A stretch of 64,000 nucleotides of DNA from Lingula anatina (taxonomy: Eukaryota; Animalia; Brachiopoda). Positions 12,468-24,221 of this stretch are shown one piece after another; position 1 is the first letter of the stretch; each line of letters starts with the position of its first letter. The DNA is taken from positions 6,820,001 through 6,884,000 of the forward strand of contig CM120643.1 in the NCBI GenBank assembly GCA_051362555.1. Direction: 5' to 3'. Below the pieces are notes generated by a model. That model did no database searches. It was given only the letters and a program-made list of their open reading frames with translations, and was not told where the DNA came from. Both the position numbers and the translations under genes were made by a program.

Positions 12468-12682
12468 ACCCCATTCTCATAGATTAGATCGACCTACATT
12501 GGATCGACCTAACTCCCTGGGGGTTCACGCTAAATAGCTGTCAGCCGGGCGGACACGAAAGTTAATTACCCCTTAAAGCTTGTAGTAGGCGGGGACGGAC
12601 ACTTAAGGGAGATTATCTGACAGTAATCTAGTGAGACTCCCCGCGGTGATAGATCGATCTAAAAGTTGTGAGAACAGAGCCT
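12468..12682. mobile_element. MITE, probably related to 5990-6240
   Basis: CCCCATTCTCATAGATTAGATCGA ... TAGATCGATCTAAAAGTTGTGAGAACAGAG imperfect inverted ends. Confidence 0.45.
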
Positions 12683-12887
12683 TGGATTACTGCTTATCAT
12701 TACGGCACAAATGTTACATACCACCTTGCATGATATTAGGTAGTTCTGCATAAAAAAAAGAATACAGAATATTTATATAGGCCAAATTATATTATGGTGA
12801 TGACATAGAAGTCACTTTTCTTACAGCTAAGGACAAATAATATTCATTTTGCATTACAAATCTAGCTCAACGTCATGCACTTGCAAG

Positions 12888-13079
12888 ATTCAAAGTACAG
12901 TTCCTGTATACATGTGACAGCACACTGTGTGTTATGAAGTATGTCATGTAATTCAAAGTACAGTTCCTGTATACATGTGGCAGCACACTGTGTGTTATGA
13001 AGTATGTCATGTAATTCAAAGTACAGCTCCTGTATACATGTGGCAGCATACTGTGTCATGAAGTATGTCATGTAATTCA
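12888..13079. repeat. Tandem repeat, 3 x 63 bp
   Basis: CAAAGTACAG recurs at 12891, 12954 and 13017 with no spacers. Confidence 0.92.
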
Positions 13080-13344
13080 GACAATTAAAATACTTCAATG
13101 AAAGGAATTACTGTTTTTACCTTTTAAAATATAGCTTATGTGTGTTGAAATCAGTCCTTATCTTTACAGCAGCAGGCAACGAGACCATAAAACCAAATAT
13201 TTGTGTTCAAGAAACAATGGAAATTACAGATAAAGTAACACCTGTTCAAATCATGGGCATTATGGAGTAACGACCAGTCATTAAAAACATTAACGCCGTC
13301 AGCAGAATCACGTCATTGCTATATTACACCATACACAATTCATA

Positions 13345-13510
13345 CTTTGGGACTTTAGAACCTTTGGACCATGAAACATCAAGCAAGTGAACCTATTGAC
13401 TAGCAAACCTTTGGAACAACGGTACATTTGCATTATCAAACTATCAGACCAATGAACCTTCTGACCATTGAACCTTTGGAATCATTGGATCTTGGCATCA
13501 TCAAACTATA
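13345..13510 (+). repeat. Degenerate ~16-bp-subunit tandem repeat (same family as 25630-25840)
   Basis: Shares ATCAAACTATCAGACCAATGAACCTTCTGAC with 25672-25835. Confidence 0.75.
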
Positions 13511-15499
13511 AGTAGGGGGGGCCAAAAATTCAAGTCATCGATTCAGTTATGTTTCGTAGATTCACTGCCTTCCCATCAATTCAGTTTTAAGTTTAAACGA
13601 GCCTATCATAAATTCAACATCTACTTTCGTCAATTCAATTGTCAAACATTTCTCATCTACGGTGTATTAAAACCAATGCTCTCACTATTTTCGTTAATTG
13701 TCTAACTATTCACGTCGATCCCGTAACGTCATTTCATCATTCATCAATCTATCACCGAGGGCGCTGCAGTAGTAACATGTGTTTCCGTCTGTCTGTCACG
13801 CGGTAATTTTTAAGTCGGCAGCCATAGCCATTGTCAGAGGTGAAAATTTTCACATACATTTCCATAATTATCGGACACTTCACTGCCCTTTGGCACATTG
13901 TATGGCAACCTCACTAGGCCTACTTGGATTTTAACATCTCAGATTACTCGAGTTTCACCTTTTTATTCAACTAGAATATATATATAATGTCCCGCAACCA
14001 AACAGAGTCAATAGATAGAACCTTTCTTCAATCTATTGGAGGACTCCTCAACCAAGCGGTGACACTTATTGATGGTGTTGTTGACAGGTCCAGATCCACA
14101 ACTTCTACTTCTCATGACCAGGAAAACGAGGGAGAGGAGATATGCTGGTTAAGATTTATGAAAATCTTTCTCCTTGTGTTTTGCAAGAAACTTTCAAAAA
14201 AATTGAGAGAGGCCTAATCAATGAAAAACCCTCTGCTCTGGCTCTGCTGCTACACTGTCTTCAGACTTATTCTAATTTAAAATTAATTAGCTACACCTAA
14301 AAAAATGTAATGAATAAAATAAATGAATGAGTAATATAAGACATTTAAGAAAAAGAATAGGCCTGTACAATAAATCTTTTCATGTTTTGTTGAAAAATTA
14401 GGCCAGGTCATTTTGAAAGAGGGGGAGATTATGAAGGTGGGGACAATGAAAGACGAGGGTGAAGAGGGCAATGACAGACAAGAGGGTGAAGAGGACAATG
14501 ACAGACAAGGGGGTGAAGAGGACAATGCCAGTATGTAGCATGCTGCCTATAGATAGGGCATACATATCCCTTTCAGCAAGAAGCAGACAGAAAGCAGTTA
14601 TCAAAAGCTTTTTTTTAAATTTTTTTTTTCTAAATCTGTACGGTTTTTGGATTGATCTTTTTTTCTAAATCTGTATTTTTTTATAAAAAGTTTTGAAATA
14701 TCATAGAGAAGACAGAGTATCGGTGAATGTGGTAACCAATTAGATGGAAGGTTTTTCAGAACATACTCATTCTTTAATTGAATTCTTTTTTTTTTTTCAG
14801 AAAGCCAAAAGAAGGCTGAAGGCGCTGCAGATCCTGTCAGCCCAAGGGTGGCAGACTAAGGTGATTCTGTCAGCCCAAGGGTGGCAGACTAAGGTGCGGC
14901 GTGCGCAAAGCAAGAGCGCCACTGATATCAAGTACACATCTAGAGATGAAGAGTGTGATGAAGGATTCATCACACGCACCCCTGGCAAAGTGACAAATTT
15001 GCCCAGGTTATACGTACCTTAGGTGTTTTATTGAAAACAGCTTGTACAAAAGCAGAAGGTTGCTGCAAAACAGGAAGACTGGAGCAACTCACATCAAATC
15101 TGTCCCTAATTGTCCAGAGGATATCTCATGGATTGTAAAAAGAAATTAAACATTTCAACTGTTTTCAGTTTACCTGACCAAATGCTGTGTAATTTCAAAT
15201 AGTATAGAATTTGGTTATTATTTTTTTGGTTTTATATGAAGTTTCATCACAGACTGGAGGGACGGCTATGTACGTCGAGTTTACACCCGAAATGAAGTTG
15301 CAGTTTCATAGCCAGCTGTTTTTTTTTATTGGCCATTTTTTGTGTCACATACGTATTGCCAGAAGTGATTTAATTTGAATATGTTCCAGGAAATGCATCT
15401 TATCTGAGAGTGAAACCTATTCATTTGACACAGAATAAATGATATAAGTTGATGTCATGTGTTTTTTGTCTTATCAAAATATGATTTTATGCCTGCAAC

Positions 15500-15986
15500 T
15501 AATATTACATTTAATAAGCTACAAAAAAAGCTATTGTTAAAAGACATAAAAAGCTGATCTTTCCTGTGTTAAAAAGGTGTAAAAAATGAAGCCATTTGCA
15601 TACCTTTTATATAGCGAAATATCACATGTTTGTAGTAAAAAAGATATCTAAAAGTTGATTTTGTGACACAAAATGGTAAGGGAAGTTGGCCGTTCATATG
15701 CCTTTCGACGTGCAAAAGTCTTAAGAATGTTGATCTTTATAATGCCTTTTTTGTCAAACAAAAGATCAATTTTGTTGCAAAAGAAAAGTTAACCTTTTGT
15801 GTATAAAAAAGGAGAAGAAAAGAGAGCCATTTGTACATCTTTTTCTCTCTATAAAAGCCATAAAAAAGATGCGCTTTAACACCTTTCCTAAAAATTCAAA
15901 AAGTCTAGGAAAGGTGTAGAAAGATGGATAAAAGAGGGCCTTTTAGGAACTTTCAGGAAATACAAAAGCCAAGTTTTCATGCAGTG
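15500..15986 (+). mobile_element. Probable right end of a CACTA/EnSpm-like element
   Basis: A/T-tract-rich subterminal region ending ...TTTTCATGCAGTG (CACTG terminus on the reverse strand). No matching left end confirmed. Confidence 0.35.
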
Positions 15987-16714
15987 TAAGATACACTCCT
16001 CTTGGCCTCTGGTTTGGGGCTGTGAAACAATCTCTTTGCGAGTACATGTCTTACAACATAAGATTTATTTGTTTTACTTAGTATTTTGGTACAAAAAATA
16101 CATAGCATTTTTATTTTCTTGATTTGTAGGCACACAGAAGTGCTTGGGATAATCTCTTAGCTTGTTTTGGACTGAGAAGAGGCTCTGGTAAGTTAATAGC
16201 TTTTCTAGTCTAACAAGCGCTTTGAAGGAGGTAATACTGTATGTTTTAACTAACAGTTGATACTCATCTTATTGTAAACGTTTTAAATGTTGTAACTGCA
16301 CCTTACCAAGCTGTATACTTTACCTGGGCAGGCCTGCAAGCTGTAGTTACAGCTGGAATTCACATTCATCATGTTGGATCACATTGGGTTGTATCTGCAA
16401 GTTTTAGAACTTGTGTATGGCTCTCTAACTCCAAGAATGACACAGGGATATGAACATAAAGAAATACCACAATTACAGGTCCTAGAACCAGATGGAACCC
16501 TCATGGACACAAAAAAATTTAAGAAGGACCTAGAAAAGTGTAAAATGGAACTGACCCAGGATAACACACAGATTTTTAGATGATGGGGTAATTTTTTTAA
16601 ATCAAGAGAAGACTACAAGTCTTCATTTCCTCTACCTCCCACTGTTGAATCTACATGTAAGTTATCATATACACCATTGAATTTCATAAATAAGCATTGG
16701 TCATTTAACAGATT

Positions 16715-17090
16715 TTTACCATCTTCATTTGCCAAAGGACCCACGTATATTAAAGAAAACAACTACCCAATATGACATTATAAGTAAATGTGGTGGAGAA
16801 TTCAGTGCATATCTGACAATTTTGTTCTTAGCCTCGAAATAAATGTAGATGGGCTACCTCTGTACTAGTCATAATTTCTGGCCTATAATGGGGAGAACTG
16901 TAAATATTCCTAACCAAAACAGTAAGCCTTTTATCATTGCATTATATTTAGGCACAGCAAAGCCCAATGATATCAATGAATATTTTCATAATTTTATTGA
17001 TGAATTTAAACAAATTCAGGGAGGTTTCCCCTGTCATGGGAAACGTTTATTTATTGCTATCCTTTCATTCATTTGTGATACACCTGGACT
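16715..17090 (+). pseudogene. EnSpm/CMC-type transposase fragment (N-terminal catalytic region)
   Basis: LPKDPR..; LEINVDGLPL / FWPIMGR...PFIIALYLGTAKPNDINEYFHNFIDEF...ILSFICDTP. Confidence 0.8.
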
Positions 17091-17119
17091 TGCCTCTTCC
17101 AAATTCCTGTCATGGGGCT

Positions 17120-17374
17120 GATGGTGCACTGTGTGAAGAGATGTATTCTCCACAGAGACAAGTTGGTGGTCAGGATTGTGGCCTATTTGCTACTGCAACA
17201 GCTGTGTGTTTAGCTAACAAGGTTGACCTGTATGACATTGTTTTCAGTCAAGAGCAGATGAGAATTCGAAGACACTTGTATGAGAGTTTTTGTAGGGGGA
17301 AAATGGTAATGTTTCCATGTGAGGTTAAGACCCAATCAGTAAAGGTGACATATATAACTATATCAAAAAAGTAG
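17120..17374 (+). pseudogene. Ulp1/C48 cysteine protease C-terminal fragment (transposon cargo)
   Basis: PQRQVGGQDCGLFATATAVCLA...FSQEQMR..HLYESF....MFP. Confidence 0.75.
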
Positions 17375-17714
17375 TTTTACAATCACTACATGGTTTTAAA
17401 ATAAAATAAAATAAATACAGGTAGACCTCTAAACAACTTATCTTAGGACCTAATATAATATTTTGGCATTTATTTTAAGACAAGTGTGACATTAATGTTG
17501 AAAAAGATGTCCTAACTGACCCTGCTGTTAAAATTGCCAATAGAAACCCATCACTGGCACTGGACATTGAGAAAATTCTAAATGACAATATCCCTGGGTC
17601 TAGTGGACAGCCAGTCTTCCTGACAAAGTGGCCAGAAGCAGAAGTAATTTCAAGCAAGAAAGCCTCAGTTATTGCTGTATCTATAATGAAAGTTGTGTGC
17701 TGTTATGCTAGTTT

Positions 17715-17850
17715 CAAGGTGCTAATTTCCGACCAAGGGCGCGAATTCCGTAACCAAGTATACGAGAGATTATGTCAGCAACTTGGCATTGATCATCATG
17801 GTACAACAGCCTGCCACCCCCAGGTGAATGGACAATGTGAAAGCTACAAC
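17715..17850 (+). pseudogene. Ginger/Gypsy-type integrase core fragment
   Basis: VLISDQGREFRNQVYERLCQQLGIDHHGTTACHPQVNGQCESYN. Confidence 0.85.
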
Positions 17851-18200
17851 AGCAAAAAACCAAACATGGAATCATGTCAGGAAGTATTTCTCTTGCAAGC
17901 ATCTCTTTGGAAAACCACAAGCAAAGGATTGGTGGCACACTATAACAAGGAAAAAGAGGAATGACCGAATTCCAAACAGAGTGAAAGAGCAGGTAAGGGA
18001 ATTCCTCTTCAGCCCTGATATCAGCCGAGAAGTTCCAGCTAAGAGTGAAGCCATGAAAATCAAAGAGAAGATGGTTCAGTTCAGTTACAAGCCAAACACA
18101 ACCTGGTTTTTACCACTGAAGAAGCTTTCTGGCAGTACAAAGAAACATTTTCTTATGATAAGATTGGCCTCACTTTGTTTCAAGCTTTAATTCCCCCTAA
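17851..18200 (+). pseudogene. DNA-transposase N-terminal fragment (Sola2-like, tentative)
   Basis: RKKRNDRIPNRVKEQVREFLFSPDISREVPAK...; after a frameshift, KHNLVFTTEEAFWQYKETFSYDKIGLTLFQALIP. Confidence 0.45.
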
Positions 18201-18589
18201 TCTTAAAAAAATCTCTGAAATAGGCCATCGCAAGTAAGGGAAGTTGTTCAAGATTATAATGGTTACTTGAATCCGAAAGATTGGTTAAAAGATATGCTTT
18301 TAAAAACATTACGGGGATAAAATTGTACTTAAAACAATCAAAGAAAATGCATTTTTGGGGACTTTGATAATAAACTCCAACTGGGATCCATCTAAAATTT
18401 TGGTAAAAATGATGAACGACAAGATAACATGCCAAAAGAACACTGAAGAGGATTCAACAGCTTTAAAACATCAACAAGATTTTTATTAAGGAAAAATAAC
18501 CTGCAAATGGGAAAATATGGTCATTCTGGGAGTAATGACAAAACTGATTCCAATACTTTACGTACTGTTTTACTTAAAGTTCAAACCAG

Positions 18590-19777
18590 GGCCAGCTTTC
18601 ACAAAACATTTCACAATCTGCGTATTCACTACAGTTTGCGCACTTGTACTAATTTTTTTGCCTAGCTTTCTCGAAACCATTCGCACTTTTCTTCGCTATA
18701 ACCGCACGGCGTTTTGCCCGGAAGTAAATATTGTAATCTCAAACCCCAACTCTTTTGGCTGCAGAGAAAAGAAACATAACAACAAATGCTCACGCTCTGT
18801 GGGCATTTGCACAGCTGTCACAATGGAGGACCCAATAGGGTTCCCGAAGAAGCGCAATAGATTTTCTGACGAGGAGATTGATATCATCGTGGAAGAAGTG
18901 TCTTCTAATCCAACTCTTTTTTACCAACTGTCAAACAATGTTACACAAAAATCGAAGGAGGAGATTTGGAAAAGGGTAACTCGAAAGTTAGTAGCCACTT
19001 TCATTTTCATACTTAATCGAAACCCCCTAATAGTACCCCCTGCCCCTTTTAGTGTGGAAAGAGGGGGTGGATGTCTAGCAAGCAAAGCATCCTGTGTTAC
19101 TTGTGTAATTTCGTCACAGCAAATCCTAACCTAGTAATATTATATATAATAATATCACTTTATAAGATGAAATTTTTATTTGTGATTTTTAATTCCTAAA
19201 AAACTGGGGAAAGTTTAAAGAAATAAATTAATTACTGTTATTTATACAGGTATACATTGTTATTTTTTTTAAAATCAGGATCAACAGTGTTTCCTTGAAT
19301 GTAAGGAAATTTACTGAAGTAAGAATGAAGTGGTACGACTACTCTAGTCGTACCAAAAGAAAAGAAGTGGAGAGAAGAAAGGAGATGAGGAGGACTGGGG
19401 GAGGGCCAGAACCTCCCCAGCTTACACTGAGGAAGCAAAAAGTATGTTTATAAAAATTAATTTCAAATTATTATTTTTTTTAAAAAGTGTGTCCTGTTTC
19501 TATTATTATAATTATTATATAATTTTTTTAATGTATTTTGTCTAGGTCATAGAGATCATTGGAGATGTGGCGGTGGAGGGTGTTTGGGGCTTTGCAAACG
19601 CCAAATTACGCATGCGCAAAGACTTAACGACTGGGTCGGAGCTGCACCAAATATCTTGCGCAAATAGCGCATGATTTTGCGCAAAATTACATTGCGAAAT
19701 GTTTGTGAAAGGGTCTGTTCGCAAAAAGGGACTTTGCGCAATTGCCCATATTGTGAAATGTTTTGTGATAGCCGGCC
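18590..19777 (+). mobile_element. Non-autonomous PIF/Harbinger element with CAG target-site duplication
   Basis: TIRs GGCCAGCTTTCACAAAACATTTCACAAT / ATTGTGAAATGTTTTGTGATAGCCGGCC, flanked by CAG on both sides. The empty site AAACCAG|ATTATT is at ~57538 in the paralog. Confidence 0.92.
18823..19592 (+). pseudogene. Harbinger Myb/SANT-like DNA-binding gene (NAIF1/MSANTD-like), three exons, truncated
   Basis: KKRNRFSDEEIDIIVEEV...KEEIWKRVTRK | INSVSLNVRKFTEVRMKWYDY...KEMRRTGGGP | VIEIIGDVAVEGV. Confidence 0.88.
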
Positions 19778-19947
19778 CAGATTCTTATTAATGGCTAAGG
19801 AAATTGAAAAAATTGATCTGTTTTCAACATAACATCTTTTGACCCTGTCAAATTTAATTTTGAGTTTACAGACCCTTTTGCTTGGAATGTAATAATTTTT
19901 AATGTGTTACTAATAATGAATTTTATGAGTTAAAGAAGGAAATGACA

Positions 19948-20035
19948 GATATGGCTTTGTGGTTAGAGTGTCTGCCTCCAGAGCGGGAGGGTTCAACCCT
20001 GTCCAGGCACATACCAGTCCTTTATAAATGGTAAT
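19948..20035 (+). mobile_element. tRNA-derived SINE 5' fragment
   Basis: TGGCTTTGTGGTTAGAGTGTCTGCCTCC...GGTTCAACCC...CATACCAG..TTTATAAATGGTA. Confidence 0.55.
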
Positions 20036-20465
20036 TTTTTGATGATATTTAAGAAACTCGAAGGGAATTCTCAGAGTTTACCAGAGAGTTATCCCACAAA
20101 ATAAAACCTGGTCTTTCTGGTTAAATTTTGTTCATAGAAATTGCTTTTTATACATTTCTCTATAAATTATCTAAGAAATTTTTGTTTGAAAAACCTATGA
20201 GGCAAAAATGAAGGCATGCAGGAAATTACTAGAAGGTTTGTGCCCAATTTTTTTAAATCAAAAGCACTACAATAGAGGACTTGACAAATGATATATTTTT
20301 ATCTTCTTATTCTGTCCTCCACTTAATTACTTCTTTTATAAACATAGGCAATTGCATCATTATGCACAACATATTGAAGAGAATTGGAAACATTAAATTA
20401 ATGTGAAGTTAAAGGGTTCTTGGTGAATAACGGAACATACATCGGTCTCTATCTTCCTGCTTGTA

Positions 20466-20850
20466 GCGTCAACAGTGTGTCCAAAGTTCCCCGAGACAAC
20501 GCAAGTGTACGTAGGAAATGAATAGATTTATGTTCCAAGACAAAACACACAGAAAAACAACGGAGAAAGTATGGGGAAGACAGGGGGCGGTCCCTGCCCA
20601 AAGAACTGTCCCCTTTAGAACAAAAGGTATGTTTTAAATATAATTGTAAAAAAATAAAATAAATAAATAAAAATAATGAAAAAGGCAAGGTGTTATAAAC
20701 AAAACTGATTACCTATTGCTGTATATTACTTAAAGTGAGGTGTATCTTTATTTTGTTTATTAAATTTCAGATAATTGAGATTATAGGGGAATTGGTCCTC
20801 GAAGGTGTTGTTGGGGGCCAAGAAACAGAAGAACCACCATCTACCTGTAT
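20466..20850 (+). pseudogene. Second, distinct Harbinger Myb/SANT fragment
   Basis: VNSVSKVPRDNASVRRK*IDLCSKTK...KTGGGPCPKELSPLEQK | IIEIIGELVLEGVVGG, with a GT-AG intron and a frameshift. Confidence 0.75.
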
Positions 20851-21565
20851 GTAATATTTCTTACTAATATATTTCCTACATCTAAAGAATCACCAAGAAA
20901 TAATAAGCATTTGTTTACTATACCACCTACATTTGTAGTTTGTTTGTGTTACATCTATTAGCACATTATTTATGAGAATTACCCTATTGTATGACATATT
21001 CCAGGTGTTAGATTTTAACATGACATTAACAATTTCCTGTAATCATTGTAGCTAATGAACCTCTAGTGGCTGCAGAGTACAGAAATAAATTGAATTTATT
21101 AATATATATCATTTACTCTTTAAAAATTATATATTTTGGTTACTCTTTCTTCTTATTTAGACTTATTTAAAAACCCTTTTAACACTTATACCATTACTAT
21201 GTATGAAGGCAGTGTTTCTAAAATAAGTAAGATGCTGAAGTTGAATAAAATTCAAATCTGAAGATAAACTAAATTTTTCAGCTTGGGGGAGTTGGGGGAA
21301 TACGATATAGTCGTGCCAGGAGAGGAAGAAACCAGTCATCTGAGAGAGGAACTGGAAGGTACTCTATTAATATCAGTAATCTTAAGGCCTATTTTTTACA
21401 GGCACAGATCATTTTTATTACTAATATTTTAACACATTTTTTTTTGTTAGCAAAATAAATGTTTTGTGTATCTGTTTTTTTTTATAAGAAGTCCTAGACA
21501 GGTACAACCAAGAAAGGCAACAAAGATACAAGTACAAATTTTTAAATATTATTTCATCTTGCATA

Positions 21566-21850
21566 ATGAAGAATGATTTGGAAAAAGCAAGGTACCATTT
21601 TATAAAATTTAATATAGGCCTATACAAACTATATGGGGAGAGGTATTTTACCTTTAATGCACATTGTTTATTGCATTTAGTCTCAAAAGTCAAAGATTTG
21701 GGGCCACTGTGGGCACACAGCTCTTTTTGTTTACGAAAACTTAAATGGTGACCTGAGAAAACAATTTCATGGAACCCAGCAGGTAGAATTGCAAATAGTC
21801 ACAGTGGTGTACATTCAACAAAAATTACCAGAGCTAATTGAACAAGTAAA
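21566..21850 (+). pseudogene. EnSpm/CMC-type transposase C-terminal fragment
   Basis: LYGERYFTFNAHCLLHLVSKVKDLGPLWAHSSF / YENLNGDLRKQFHGTQQVELQI. Confidence 0.82.
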
Positions 21851-21989
21851 GGATGGTACTGTGTAGGCCCTGGTGCAGCAGATGACTTAATGGCCAAGTT
21901 TGAAATTTTCAGGCAGGATAGGTAATTCCTCTCATATCCTGTTCCAACCACGCAAGGGTTGTTACAGTTAAAAGTGAAATCTAAGGGGC

Positions 21990-22250
21990 CCGAGTAATTT
22001 TTGCGTTCTGTTAATGGGCAGAATATATTCTAAAGAAGAACGCCTTGACCCAATGAGGAACATGGGGGGCTCAAGGACAGCGCAATATAACAAAAGACCA
22101 ATCTGCCCACAAGGACTAGACTATATAGCAAAAACCAGCGTTCAGAAATTGTATCCATCTGTAATGAACAAGGAGCTATGGAGACCATGTATCTCGGCGA
22201 TGAACACTGCCAATCGAAATTTGAGGTGTTCACATAAGATCAACGTATAA
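21990..22250 (+). pseudogene. BEN-domain fragment (typical transposon cargo)
   Basis: LMGRIYSKEERLDPMRNMGG......KRPICPQGLDYI...VQKLYP....ELWRPCISAMNTANRNLR. Confidence 0.6.
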
Positions 22251-22838
22251 GAAAGCTAACACGTGTTTCCCTACATTACGCCAAAGGCTTTGTTTGTCTG
22301 CAGATAAATGTGATCACATTCTTGGCTGATTGAGGCAACGTTTGAAAGAGCAACCAATTAACTTACAGACCATGGCGCACCGTGGTAGAAAATGAAGAAG
22401 AAAAGCAGACAATTATCAAACATATGCACAGTGACATTGAGTGAAATTTACAGATATTACTATTCTTTTACAACCTTTGGATTTATATTACTGTGAATGG
22501 AGTGTTAGTGATATGCATATACTGATATTACAATGTACTTCCAGGTGCTTTGTGCTTTCTTGTTGGGAAATGTTGTATGAAAATACAACATTTCCCAACA
22601 AGAAAGCACAAAGCACAGTCCTTATAATTACTATTTAATGTTTGGCACATAAGTAAATGATAAAGTAGACCCCATTTTAAAGTAACATCAAGTAAACTAT
22701 TGTCCTCACTCTCTGAAATACAAGTGGTGTTTAATTCTGAACACTAAGTCCCATATTATAATATTGCCCTATTGAAATGGTCCGTATGATAATCATGTTT
22801 TTGGTTGGTTTTAATGCCATTTCATTTTGAATTGTCAG

Positions 22839-24221
22839 GTGGGGAGCACCAAAAAGGCTCCTGTCAGACCAAGGAAGAGAGTTTGTGGCTGAAATAAATA
22901 CAGAGGTTTGCCGCTCCCTCAGCATAGAGAGGTCTGTGACAAGTGCCTATCATCCTCAGACCAATGGTCTGGATGAGAGAACAAACCAGACACTGAAGAC
23001 TCAAATGAGCAAGCTCATTAATGAACACCAGATCGACTGGGATACTTATTTGGAGGATGTGGTGTATTTGATCAGGACACAAAAGCAAACGTCCACAAAG
23101 TTCACCCCTTTTTTTCTTATGTTTGGGAGGCACCCTAGGTCTCTGAAGGAGGTAATTCTAGATTAAAATTTTTAATGATTTAGACAAGATAAAATTTGGA
23201 ACATTTTTATTATGATTTTCTGACATCTCAGTAATAGGTTTGTTACATCACTGAAATTGTGTTTGAAAAGCAGTCTATGTGCAGCCAAAATGTGTATTAA
23301 CTATGATATGCTTTGGTCTTGTCATTTATATCAAACCTATTTAATCTTTTATATCATGTAGACCTTTTTTTGATTATCAGTTATTTCTATACTGTATATG
23401 CTTAAATGGCTGCACTACAAATATTTTATTTACCTACCTATTTTTCATTCATCTGATTATTTTACTTAACAGGCTGTCTGCTAGTCATGCTACTGATCCT
23501 GTCTTTATCTTAAATGAAGTAGGAAGCATGAAACATTGCTCCTGTGTTAAAAAAAATAACATGATGAATTTTAAAGAGGTTTTCTAATTTCAATTGTGAT
23601 TTCCATTTTTAGATGATTGCCAAAGTACTGAAGTTCTGGAAGACATGGTCAACCATAGAGAGGCACTGTTAGATGTCACCAATAAAGTTGTAAGTACAAA
23701 GACACACATAATGTGCTTCATTAAAGGGTTCTAGCATGTTACAGTTGTATCAAAATTGTATTTGAATATGAAATACTCTTCTTGTTTTATGACTGCCTAT
23801 AGGTGTTATATTTGTGTCTCTAATAAGCAACTGTGCATTCATTACTAGGACATAGTACATGTATTTTAATGTACAGACACCGTGTACGTAGCCATCACCT
23901 GCCTCTGTCATGGTGCACTTTTTTTCATTGTTACTTCACTAACCTAAATACTGATATAGCTTTTTGCCTCAAAGTTATTAGTTAATTTGATGCCTGTATA
24001 TGTGCCATCTTCACTGTCTATATTTTTCTTATGTGTTTTTCTTAGGTACAAGAGAATGTGGAAAAGGCCCAAACAAAACAGAAGGAGAATTTTGCAAAGA
24101 GAAAGGCAAATGGCGTCAAATCCTTTGACCTTTCAGTTGGAGACATGGTCATGAAAAGGGCTATGAAAAACATTGGAAGGAAGGGAGGAAAAATGGAGCA
24201 TCTGTGGACTGGGCCTTATCG
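22839..24221 (+). pseudogene. Ginger1 (GIN1-like) intron-containing integrase/transposase fragment
   Basis: Exons 22839-23151 (WGAPKRLLSDQGREF...SAYHPQTNGLDERTNQTL...TPFFLMFGRHP), ~23613-23690 and 24046-24221 (NVEKAQTKQK...VGDMV...RKGGKMEHLWTGPY), joined by GT-AG introns. Confidence 0.88.

Larger units (their letters stand above)
18347..20390 (+). repeat. Segmental duplication block B, copy 1 (paralog 57293-58140)
   Basis: Colinear similarity once the Harbinger insertion is removed. Confidence 0.9.
21097..23690 (+). repeat. Segmental duplication block C, copy 1 (paralog 60812-63287)
   Basis: Near-identical ORFs, e.g. 22441-22638 vs 62003-62194 and 22885-23166 vs 62442-62732. Confidence 0.95.

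Noticed and set aside
12888-13079. 63-bp repeats as a CRISPR array
   Set aside because: Head-to-tail tandem copies with no unique spacers, no cas genes, and a eukaryotic context.
18517-19134. 205-aa ORF as a real membrane protein
   Set aside because: It is a chance read-through from flanking DNA across the Harbinger TIR into the Myb exon and its intron.
18200-20390. Block B backbone as an endogenous viral (parvovirus-like) gene
   Set aside because: Composition is coding-like but too degraded; no Walker A or other diagnostic motif found.
22839-24221. Host GIN1 gene
   Set aside because: Only internal exons are present, it is duplicated and truncated in copy 2, and it is flanked by unrelated TE debris; better explained as a Ginger1 fragment.
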